Assembly (NCBI GenBank): GCA_002189035.1
Contig: NEEC01000012.1
Coordinates: 2,542,001-2,606,000 of the forward strand
DNA: 64,000 nt
Source of the DNA: Utricularia gibba
Taxonomy: Eukaryota; Plantae; Magnoliophyta
Direction of reading: 5' to 3'
The notes below the pieces were generated by a model. That model worked only from the letters and a program-made list of their open reading frames with translations. It did no database searches and was not told where the DNA came from. The position numbers were made by a program, and so were the translations under genes. Of this stretch, positions 26,049-37,840 are shown piece after piece. Position 1 is the first letter of the stretch, and the number at the start of each line of letters is the position of its first letter.

Positions 26049-27201
26049 ATGTCTGCATCTCAAGACCAAGTTTACATAAGCTTGTCGCTTCCCTGTTCAG
26101 CAGCGGCTGTCTCAAATCATGAGGTGAGCGGTGTCTCTAATCTTAAGGGAACGGAGCTGAAGCTGGGGCTGCCGGGCTCTGAGTCACCGGACAGGAAGAA
26201 TGGAGGAGGGTTCCTGAAGCTCTGGAGAGATTCCAAGGATCAGAACAGTAATGGGGTGTTTTATAGCCCTTCCAAGAGTGCTAAGAGGGGCTTTTGCGAT
26301 GATATGAGTGATTCCAGTAGCTGGGGTTTAAGTGTTCATGGCGCTGATTTGAAGAAAGCTGAGCCTTTTTTATCCACTACTGATTCCAAAGGCAGCAGGG
26401 AAAAGATCTCCCACTCTGTAAATACTGCCCCTGCTTCAAAGTAAGCTTGTACTCTTGATCACTCTGCTTCTTCATAAGCAAGCTCTAATATTGTGGCTGA
26501 TTTCAGGGCACAAGCAGTTGGATGGCCACCAGTCAGATCTTTTTGGAAGAATTCAGCAGTCACCAATTCATCTCAGAACAACAGGAATCCTGCAAGATGT
26601 GCTTCTTCTTTCAGTCTTTATGTGAAAGTGAGCATGGATGGTGCTCCATACCTGAGGAAGATAGACTTGAAAGCATACTCTAATTATACAGAACTCTCAT
26701 CAGCCCTGGAGAAGATGTTCAGTTGCTTCACTATTGGTGAACCCGCTGTTCTTTCAAACTGGATATTCTCATCAAGAAAATTCTCATGTTAAGTACTGAA
26801 TGGTTTGTGTTCAGGGCAATATGAACACAACTTCTGTGGGCAAGATCCACCGAGCCAGAACAGACTTATGGATCTCCTCCACCGCTCCGAATATGTACTT
26901 TCTTATGAAGATAAGGATGGAGACTGGATGCTTGTCGGTGATGTTCCATGGGAGTATGCTCTTTTTCTGTATCTTTTGTCTCCTTGAAAAGCATAATGGA
27001 TCTCATTGTTTCATAGAACTCTTGTTATTTGCTTTCAGAATGTTCATGGACTCATGCAAGCGCCTGCGAATCACCAAGGGATCTGAAGCCATTGGACTTG
27101 GTAACTACTTTTTTTGTGTTCCTGCTCAAAATAGGAATGAACAGAAGCAGCTAAACAATATTATATTCTCCATTGTTGCAGCTCCAATGCAGTCTCCATA
27201 A
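26049..27201 (+). CDS. IAA: Aux/IAA repressor (IAA8/9/27-like); 5 exons
   Basis: Domain [12 protein letters not shown] motif, degron GWPPV, domain [20 protein letters not shown], domain [17 protein letters not shown]. Confidence 0.95.
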
Positions 27202-28201
27202 GTGCAAGACCCAAAACACATGACCAGTTTCAGAAATCAAGAAGTCAACCAACTACTCCCTTCTGGTTTTCTCCTGTTTATGTTTACTACTGTACCTCTA
27301 TAGGTGTCTGCTATGGATGCAAGTTACCACCTTTTTGATAATGACATTTCCGGGTTTCTGTTGTAAATGTATTTCTAATAGTTTTTGAACCCGAGAAACA
27401 CATAAATGCTGAAAGCTACCAAACACAGCACTGCAGATCAAATAACCAAAAATCAAAAGGACATCATCAGAAAAACCAATTTTTGTACTATCCACCATCC
27501 CATTTACAAGTCCATTCCACTGTAAAAAGATTAATCTTGAAAGCAATCTACGAAACACATGGTAAACACTGATGGTGTATGAGTAAGTTTGCTGTACCTT
27601 AATCTCAGTGAAATTGAACGGATCCCACACCCACCTCTACAGAGATCTACTGTCCTTGCAAATCTCATCCATTGTCTATGTATTTTATTCAGGATTTATC
27701 ACTGTCGTTGTAAGACCAGTGCGCCCACCACCTGACGAAACAGGACCCTTCTGCAAGTGAAACAAGATGCAAAGGGTATTCATCCAGCGTCGAGATAGCC
27801 CAATCCCTTGGTGATGGGGATTGCAAATTTGTCTGTATCAATCAATTCCTGATTCACGTTCCTGTATCATTTCCCCACCGCAAAAACTGGGTTTTCATTT
27901 TTTTTTTAATTTTTGACCCACGTCGCCCGCCTCTGCACCTGACTGAGCCTGGGCTTTGGCTGGCAAATTCTGATCACTCGGAGGCGAGGCGACTAAAAAA
28001 GAAATTATTTTCATACAATACATTAAGCAATGACATTTTTATATATCAAAATGAGTTGGGTTGGGTGGGATCGGGTTAACCACGAAGTGCATGATTAAGT
28101 TGAAATTTTGAAGAATAAAAAAACTCAAATGGGGTTTCATTGTTACCTGAGCATGCTTTCATTGCTACCACATGGCAATGTTGGTGCAAAAGATGTAATC
28201 T

Positions 28202-29463
28202 TCATACCCCAAACATCAAGTCCATGATCCTTGATGCGAATGTCTTCGCTGGCGTGGCGATGGTGCCCCCGGATTGCTTTAAACTGGACCCGCTGGCCTG
28301 GATATATCTTGGATTAGGAGAAGCTTTGACGCCATTCGATTGGAAACCAGCCGAGAATGTCGGTGGCGGCAGTGGTAGGAACTCCGGGTTGTTGAATCTC
28401 TCATTCAATGCTTGTTGTTGCATCGGATCTACAGGCTTGACGCCGATAATGAGAACTCCGTTTAATTCCATGCCATTTTTGGCCAATGCTTTGTGGGCAT
28501 CGGATCGGTGCTGAATAAAGCAAGAGTTGGTGAAAAGTGGATTACGGCGATCGAAAGAGGAAAATCATGCAACAAGGAAATGGGGAAAACAAACCTGATA
28601 TAGAATGTGCATCCAATTCGCACTTCCAGGGCCAGGAAGGTGTCTTAGTATCGCCCCGCATTTTTCGAACTCACGTAAAACAAGATTTGTGTCTGCTGGT
28701 GAAAATCTGGGGAGAAATTTTACAGGGAATACTTAGAAGCTGCTAAGGCTATGGGGCATATTATGCGTGTCTTGGTTTCATGAAGTGTATTTTGCAAATC
28801 TAGATGATTGCCATTAAAAAACATGTCAAAAAAATATTCAAGATATGGAAGGCTGTAACTGTACCCGTAAACAGTGACCCATTCTTCCTCTTCATCCGGA
28901 CCTCCAATGGGCAGCAAACTTTTCTTTAGTTCAGGCCGTGCAACCTCCCTAGGCCGAGGCACAGTTATCAACGCACCAGGCTGAACAACACCCTCAACAG
29001 GCGACCCTTTTCCAATGTCATCTTGATCTGCATTGCCAGAACTCTTACCAGGTGTCCACAGGCTGGAGAAATTCACCAAGGGAGTCTGTTGGGACTGCTG
29101 TACTGGAGTCTTGGTTGCACCACCATAAGAACTTGCATCACTCTTACCCCTAGGGGTTGAATGTTGCCTGCTAAAACTTGGTAATGGTGTATTAGGATCA
29201 GGCTTGAGCTCAGGTAACACTGAATGTACCGGCATCCCCATTTCAGGGGAAACCTGAAATTTGTCATCAAGGGTAAAGACCGGTGGCGGAGGAAGATCGG
29301 AACTCGCAAGGTTTTCACGCCATAGAGCTGAAACAGCAGCTGCCTGCCCTGGTGTACTGAACTTTCCTCCAGTTCGACGAGCTGAAAACGGCGATGCTAA
29401 ATCTTGATAAAACAATGATTGCCTACCCACTGATCGAGGCAATTTCTTGATGTCCGATTGCAT
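28202..29463 (-). CDS. NUP35: Nucleoporin NUP35 (MPPN/RRM domain); 3 coding exons
   Basis: RQSLFYQDLASP..STPGQAAA..ALWRE; EEWVTVYG / FSPADTNLVLREFEKCG..NWMHILYQ / ..IIGVKPVDP..SRIMDLMFGV*. Confidence 0.93.
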
Positions 29464-30256
29464 TTTTCCTTACACTGGTACCTGCATTTTTTAGTGATTA
29501 TTACAAGATTATCTAACCAATAGTCAACCCATCAGCTTCTTCCTTGCATGATCGCAAAGCCGAGGAAGCATTATCATGGACACATCGAATTCACACCCAA
29601 AAATCAAAACTCCCACCTACCCAAATCCAATGTATCGTGCCCAGCACCTTAAAAATCACTAAACCCAGAAATCTAAATCCGCTCGAGCAGTGTGATTATC
29701 GATGAGGTTAACTTGCGAAAGCGTATTATAAAGTGTACTCACAGTTAAAGTCTTTAGACAAAAAAAGCAAATGAACAACGCACTACAACCATTCCAGATC
29801 AAAACAGATCTGCAAAGAATACCAAGAAAAAAAAAATCCAAATACCTCAAACTCAACTATATCTTCCCAATCCGCCACCTGAGAGCACAGAAATACGAGG
29901 AATCAAACCCTAATTTCGCGGAATCCGCCTCCCGAGCAACCCCCGCAGTTTCAAATTTGAAACTTCAGTGGCAAATAAACCAGTATCACAGCAGCACCGC
30001 CTGAATCTTTATCTGGGCTGAAATAAATTAGGGCCCATATATTAAAAGCTCAAAGAGGCCCAAATCAATTTTACAGCTGCCTTGTGGGCTCCACAATTAT
30101 TAATCACGACAAAAACTCTTTTATTGCATGGTTTTTCTTCAAGCAAATTCTCCTTGTCAAAACAGAGAATTACTAGTGAAGAAAGTGACAGGTACAAATT
30201 TTTTTGGAAAAAAAAAAGAAAAAAAATGCCACCAAGGAGTAAAAATTTTCAGGGTT

Positions 30257-30712
30257 TCAGTAGGGCGAGCCTTGCTGCAGCCGGAGGTCTCTGTAGAACT
30301 TCATTATGAACTCCTCCGCCGCTTCATCCACATGGGCATCTCCTCCCTCCCCGACAAAGGGCGAGTCCGATACCCTCAACTGCCTCACCATCGGCGTCCG
30401 CCCAAACCCCGGCAGCACCGGGGACGCAGCTGCGCTGCTGTTGACGAGGTCGATTGCCGCCGCCAGCAGATCTCCATGAATCCCCTTCCTGGGATCAAAA
30501 TGGAGGCCATATTTCTGGTGATCAGGGGTATTGCTACAACTGAACTGGTACTCCGTATCATGATCCGGGGTGCCAGCGGCGATCTTCGCCTTGCTCCGGA
30601 GCATCATCAGACTGAGCTCCGCCGTCAGCCTCGCCTTGGAAATGCCCTTCCTTAACATCAAGTAGATGGCCTTCACACGCTTCCAGAAGCTCTTACTGAA
30701 CTTGGGTTCCAT
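30257..30712 (-). CDS. DUF761 / Avr9-Cf-9 rapidly elicited 146-like protein (intronless)
   Basis: WKRVKAIYLMLRKGISK; YQFSCSNTP; PGFGRTPMVRQLRVSDSPF; HVDEAAEEFIMKFYRDLRLQ. Confidence 0.9.
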   Translation of the reverse strand: MEPKFSKSFWKRVKAIYLMLRKGISKARLTAELSLMMLRSKAKIAAGTPDHDTEYQFSCSNTPDHQKYGLHFDPRKGIHGDLLAAAIDLVNSSAAASPVLPGFGRTPMVRQLRVSDSPFVGEGGDAHVDEAAEEFIMKFYRDLRLQQGSPY

Positions 30713-31531
30713 TTTCGCTGCGCTGTAGAGTTGAAGATCTGGTTCCCGGGATTTGCAGATGTCTGGGTTCCGCATCTGGAGTTGCAATTTATAGAGGAAT
30801 CCGAAGATGGGACTCGCGACTTTACCTCCATGTACTTTGTGAAAAAGCGCTTTCTTTTTTAATTAAGCACGATTTTATTTTTCTTCCTCGTGTTTTTTTT
30901 AATAAAAAAATAGTATTATCATAATTATTCTTTAATTGTAATCTTAATTTCAAAATAATTCTCAACCAATCACATGCTTCTGCCGCTAATTTTCAATTAA
31001 TTTATCTTAAAGGAATTCACCTGACTTTAATTTGGATTTAAATATGTTATTAAATGAGATCAAGTGGTTAGTATAATGATTAAGTGAATGATTAGAGGGT
31101 GGTTTGATGGAAAATTGGGCAGGCGCGTCTGGTTTTCAATAAAGGTGCTTTTCGTAATTTCACTTCACCTTTTCTCGCAGTCGCTACGGCCGCTTCCACG
31201 CAGTTTCCAGTTTACTTAGCAGGTAAGGGTTTGCTCCAGAAGACGTGGCATTTTCTCATTGGCCACACTCTGTCCTAAAGGAAGAAAGAATTTTTTATTG
31301 TTCTAAAAATAATAACCACCATTTATTATTCTACTCATTCCTTAATTTAAATTATGTTAAAATAAAGAATTAAAAACATACACATTTTGTTTTATTTTTC
31401 AATATTCTCATTCTATAAAATAAGAATGCAATACAAAATTGTATGCATAACATATACTAATGCCCTTATACCAAAATTTTTATTGTTATCGACATCAAAT
31501 TCATCATAATATTTTAAATTTATAATTTTAT

Positions 31532-31555
31532 TATATATATATATATATATATATA
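31532..31555. repeat. (TA)n microsatellite
   Basis: About 12 TA units directly visible. Confidence 0.95.
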
Positions 31556-32379
31556 CTTATATATGACATAGATTACATGTTTAAATAAAAATATATACTT
31601 AATTTTGTATGAAATCTTTTTATCATAAATAGAAAACGTAGAACTGTGGAATATAAATATCTGAAATGAATAATATCATGTAAAACGATATTGAGTTGTG
31701 ACATTTAGTATATATTTATATATATGTGAGAATTATATATGATCATGTTTACCATACCTATATAAAAAATGACTTTTTTTTTCTAAATGCGTGAAGTGCT
31801 TTGTTTTGAAGATCTAATACAGAGAAGCAATAGGTTCGTCCTAAGGAACGCAAGGTCGAGAATTCAGACGTATCCGGGTTCGCCAAGCACTTGCAAGGTG
31901 AAAAAGAGGAAGATGTGCACAGGAAATAATTGGGTGGTCTTTCTTTGGACATCTAGACGTGTCCTTTTGGAGAAATGCCGTGTCCCAGTGTCTCTCCCGC
32001 CTTGGTTTGACAGCAAAAGCGCTTTTCTCCGAGCAGTCCATTTTTCCTTTTGCATTGTGTGCACGGAAGAAGAAGAGCTTGTTGTTGATCAACTACAGGG
32101 TTGCCTTTGTGTTCTGTACCAAAAGATGAACCCTTCAATGGCACTCAATCAAACCTTTTAATTAGTCATTCGCTCTGGTCCCTTGGGGAATGTTTGATAA
32201 CCGCAAAGTAAAAAACAACAGCTATGAACCAGAGGCACCTTTACCCATCCACAGATTTGTGTGGTTTTTTGGTAGCCTTAGGAGTTAAGTGAACTCTCCA
32301 ACCAACTCAACTACTTCCCAAAGAAATATAACTACACAAAAAGGTGCTGTAATTTTGCAACACTACAAGAGCTTACCTC

Positions 32380-34268
32380 TCATTCCAGATCCTCCTCTTG
32401 CTGCTGCTGCATTGGTTCAGCTTTGCATTCCTGGACAAAGTCTGAGCTCAGATGACTCGGCCTGCAGCAGATCTTAACCAGAAGGACCTTTTCCTGAATC
32501 CAAGAGGAACCAAAGAAGAGCATGCAGAGAAGGGAGGATTAGGTAGCAAAAAAGTCACGAACTTCTAGAAAGAAATGCTACATCAGATTTGGTGGTAGAC
32601 CTCGAAGTTATCAAGATCATATCGAACAGTATAAACGCAAGTACATCGATTGCTTTCGTGCTGATTTCTCCGTATTCCGATCACCTGGGCGTCGTAGTAA
32701 AGGCCGTAGTATATGGATTCCTAGATGGATAATCAGAACCAAGATGTTGTAAGAAAAGGGATGCTGGTGATCAAGATGGAGATGGGAGTGGATTGGGTCT
32801 CTACCCTGAAGCACATTACGGGGTCACCAACATTGATTCTGTTGCACTCTGAAGGTTCCATGGGTATGGAGCGTTCCCGTATAGCGGTCTTGGCGTTAAC
32901 CCATTCATCTTCGCTTTTATCGAACCCAGCAAATCTCACGCGAATCATCTGAAAATATTAAGAGAAGAAGAAAGGATAGCGTGCAGACCAACTTAGTGTG
33001 CTGTAAGGAGTTACGCGAGTTGCAAGAAATGAGCTTTGGCAGAGGCATTGACAGAGCCATCATTCTAGCACCCTACCAGTTCTCCTGAGGCAAGGATTTT
33101 GTAGGTTAAGAATGCTGCAACATCGAACCTGGAAACGGCATGCAGAAAACAAAAGGGATTAGGGTCGAGATCCTAGTACATTCCTCCCCATTAAGTTGGA
33201 TTCTGCAACATCTAATGCCTATGCAGAAGAGAAATGCTGACCATGCGTTATCTTTTGCTGATCTAGCTTCGAACATCAGATTGGGGAGCACAGCCACCGC
33301 TTCACTAACAGATATTGTGGGCACTGTCATGATAATTTCAGAATGTTTCAGCTCAAGGGGTGTACAAGACAAAGTGGGTCTCGGAGCTGTAAGCAAATTG
33401 AGCAACATGCCATGATTCTTTGCCTTAACAATTTCATCATCAGGGAAAGAACAAGGGGAAAGATAGGATCACTGGCTGTCGATAATCAAATGATTTGCAA
33501 AACAGAGTAAGTTCAAAGCACGAAGTGAGACGTTAATAATCCATCGAACCTTTGGTTTGCTTAATTCGGGTCCTTGATCTAGATCTTCTTAACCGAGCCG
33601 ATGACTTAGCAACTCTGGGGACCAAGCATTCCCTTTTTGCCAGAAACCAATTTCTGACCTGCAGCAACACAAGAAGTGTATAAAACAGGATGTTCTTCAA
33701 AAACAACCATGATCCATCAGAAGAATAACCTGATCGGGCTTGATAGGATAACTCAACCGATAAGCTGATTTGCTGCAGCAAAGACAGAAAAACTTCTAAA
33801 TCAATCAATCGCCCATTTCCTTAATTGCAGAAACACAATGTACCGCAACTCACTTGAACTTAACAGTGAGTTCATCATAAAACTCCTGACCAAATGGATC
33901 ATCACCCATATGCTTATTCACTTTCTCCATTTGAATCACCTTCACAACAACCCCAATGGACGACACTCAGAGTGCAATTTAATTCGTAACTGAACAAAAA
34001 AAAAAAACATGGACTCAAAACACCCCCCCTGCAATCCATACTCATATTCATATCCAATCACGAAAAGGGTCACTCCTTCAGTCGATGATGATTTTCAACA
34101 ATTCACACGAATGTGGGTTTGCATTGAAAACATTTGTGTTCCCGTGAAAACAGAGATTTCAGGGGAGATTTTAGCACAAGTGTCCCGTACCTCCGCCAAG
34201 GTAAAATCTAGAGAATCGCCCTCCATCTCGATGACGTCACGAGTATCTTCCTTTTCGCGAGAAGACAT
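32380..34268 (-). CDS. SHH1: SAWADEE HOMEODOMAIN HOMOLOG 1-like (RdDM histone reader); about 9 exons
   Basis: FTLAE start; homeodomain-like QVRNWF; SAWADEE domain FEARSAKDNAW/FDVAAFLTYK../RVRFAGFDKSEDEWVN..RERSIPMEPSEC../YYDAQV..H..RCTCVYTVRYDLD with Zn ligands retained. Confidence 0.9.
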
Positions 34269-34842
34269 GAATGCACTGGATTTTTGCGCTTCTGTTGCCG
34301 TTACAGAGGCTTTTACCAACAATATAAAAATAACGAGAATATTATTATGATTATTATTATTATTTAAAATTAAATAAAATCAACTCCCACTGAATTATTA
34401 TTTGTCAAAATTAATCTCCTCATTATCCAAACTTTAATAAATATTAAACATGACATGTAAATTTTGATATCAAAGGTGGGGAGATAATTACGAGATTGTC
34501 CTCATAGTTAATTTCAAAAGATAGAAAATGATGACATGTGTTAAAAAATGATTATCCTATGAATTAGTAAAAATTGATCATTTTTCTAATTTATATTTAA
34601 TTAAATAATCATTATTCAGATATTAATAACATATTTTATTATAAAAAAAAATAACTTCCATTTACTTTTACTGACCACAAAGAATTCACCATCTTTGCAA
34701 CAAGGTTGCTGTGCAGGCAGCGGCTCTGTAAGAGAATGAGTTGCAGGAAGAAAAGGGGGATCCTCGGCAACGTGTCTCTGTACAAACACGCAATGAAAGC
34801 CGCTAGCTGTAAAAGAATCCATCAACATGAAAGAAAACTCGC

Positions 34843-37840
34843 TCATCGCCCTTGTACAAGACCGCTGAAGACTTGACTGTTTCCAGCAAGAGTTGCTTCC
34901 CATTCTATGGAGGATAACAAAATCTGGGAGAGTGATATCACCACTTGCTTCATGTTTGGTCTCAGCACTGGATCGCTGTCCACGCACTGCCTTGCCAATA
35001 CAGCCATCTGGGCGCCACAAAATGGTCACATTTCAGGGGATTCTCGCGTAAGAAGGAACAGTTGTGGTTCTGCCTTTGTTTAAAAGGATTACCTTGTAAA
35101 GACAGTCGTGTGGGTATAATCCCAGCAAGTTGGGATCAATGTGGTCTTTCAGGCTGGATATACCAGTTGCGTCTGTTGAGTTCCTCAAAACTGCTACCAT
35201 CTGAAACTTGATCTGCATTAGCTGACTATGAAGAAGAAACATGGTGGTTAGGTATCTGGTAAGGGGAATGGAAGGCTTTACTATGGATGCTAAGGATCGT
35301 CTTTCCGAGCTTCTTGAGATGGCCTCTTCGCCGGAAATAAGCTCGAAAAGCACCACACCAAATGCATAAACATCGCACTTTGTTGTAGCTATACCATCCC
35401 TCAAGTACCTTGGTGATCAGAAGATAAAACTCATGTTTCTTGGGAACAAAAAGTTTCTGATATGGAGAAAAATGTGGAGAGGCATACTCTGGAGCAAGAT
35501 AGCCATATGTTCCAACAACTCTGGTGACGGACTCTTCACCGGTTGTCATTATAAGTTTCGCCATACCGAAGTCTGATATCTGCAAAGTGAATGCAGTCAA
35601 AGTGCAGGAATTGAGTGAACTTTGGTTATATGGAGTTAGTTACCTTTGCTCTAAAACTCCCATCAATGAGAATGTTGCTTGTCTTGATATCCCTATGGAC
35701 GTAGTGAGGTTTCGTATGCTCGTGTATGTACTCCAGGCCTCTAGCAGCATCAAGTGCAATTTGGACCCTCATAATCCATGATAATGATGTATGACCTGTA
35801 GCAGATATGGATGCATATTTCAGTAAACTGCATCAGGAAGAACTGAACTCTTTCTGTAGCTTGTAAAGCGATAGTGTAAGCTGCTTTTGAACACCAAGAA
35901 CTAAAACTGAATCATAAAACATGATAACCCACTGAAAAAGGTGAAAAATCATCACACCTTTGCCTTGATGTTCATGCAGGTGATGCCTGAGTGAACCCTT
36001 TTGAGCGTATTCATATATGAGGAAAAGCTCATCAGGGCTTGCTGCATAACCAATCAACTCTACCTTTCACAAGGAAAAAAAAAAAGGAATAAACATCAGG
36101 TGATGCTCTCTCGAATTCATAAATATCAGTTTTTCAGTCTAACTAGTCACCAGGTTTGTGTGGTGAACTCTGCACAGAACTTTCATCTCTGCCATGAATT
36201 CTTTGGTTTTTGTGGCAGTCATTTTCTTGATAGCAACTTCCTGATCCTGGAGAACAGCATAGTACACCGAGCCATATGTGCCATGTCCCAAAAGATTAGA
36301 ATCTGAGAACCCTTCCGTTGAAGAGAGAATCTCATCAATTGTGAAAACTACTGGTTTCTCCACGTCAAAGACATCAGTCCTTATAACTGCAGAGTAAAGC
36401 AGCTAAAAATTTGAGAACAACAGACAAAACCAGCCACCAGTAACAAGAACATCGCATCAAAAGCAGATCTTGCATAAGCCCATTACATGCTGTATGCAAA
36501 AAGCGAGGCATTTTTCACACCTGCAGGAATGTTCATCTGACGGTTACTAGATTCTCCCTTAGGATGGTTCCTATCTTGTGACCTGCAGCACATGCGTCTT
36601 CCGGAAGCACAGCAAAAACTAGCGTTCCTTAGAATGTGGAATTGATGCAGATTTCTTTTATTCAAGTCTCTATTATGGTTTCCTTCTGATCCTCTGAAGC
36701 AGCCAGACGCTCTCAAGAAAACACATAGAACCACCCCTATAATCAGAACGAAACCAAGAGCCAGGAGTCCAATGATCCACCAAGCATGGTTCTTATGACT
36801 TTCGTGGTTTTCTGAGATTTGACATTAAGCATATGGATATGTTAACACCAGACAGAAATACCTCAAAAGGTGAACAATAAAAATTTTCTTACCTACTGTG
36901 ACATCCACGGATGGTGATGGAGCAGGAACAGGGAGAGTGTCATTTGCAGGATAGCGCTGACCAGGAGCTGAAATCATAGTAGCAATCCAATTATGGTAAA
37001 GTGAGCACTATAAGGCATACTAAGAGACAAAATGCTAATTGTGTGTTTGCCAACTGAAGCAAGAGGAGAATGATCTGAAACTCATAAAAGAATATGGAAC
37101 ATTAGAAGCCATGAAGTCTTCACCAATCCGGCAACCATTTCTAGCAACTTAAGCTACACATGGCATTCACTTTTAGAAGACAATGAAAATGATCAGCAAT
37201 CAGCCATTAAAGCAAGATTACCTGAATCAAGTGGTATGTAGTAAAGCGACCCAATGGTAAAATTATCAGGACCTGGCAGGCTATTAACAGTCTCAATACT
37301 ACTCATACTGACCCCAAAACGGCTAGCCAAAGATGCCACACTGTCTCCATCTTCCATCACATAGCTCATTAGGTAATTCCAAAGCCCATTTGAGCAACCA
37401 CACATTAGCTTCAATGAAACCACTGCCCCCTTCTTAGTCTCCCTTCTAAATTTGTGAGGAAAATAAGCCAGGCCGTGGTAGGAATTTATAACCAGATCGT
37501 ACAAGGAGCCGTTGTCTTGTTTTACAGTCAATGTGGTATTTGTCAAGTATTTGCTAGCTCCAGAAGAACACGAACAATTCTTTCTGATAAAAACATAATC
37601 CCTACCATTCCCTTCATAGCTAATGGCGTCTTGAAGTACATCAAACATGCTCATAATCACAGGGAGCGTCTGCTCTGGAGTGGGCTTAAAAGCTAGAAAA
37701 GAAGTGCATAAACGAGACGTGTCCGTACAGTTCAACGGAGTGAAAATTGTCTCTATAGCTGCTGAGCGAAGAAATAAAACTTCTGCAAACAGAAACAGAA
37801 GAGGAAGGAGAATGAAGCTTCTATAACCTCCATATCCCAT
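34843..37840 (-). CDS. LYK3: LysM receptor-like kinase, AtLYK3-like; multi-exon
   Basis: Signal peptide, [15 protein letters not shown], CxC spacers, [24 protein letters not shown]; kinase [17 protein letters not shown]; C-terminus [21 protein letters not shown]. Confidence 0.95.
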
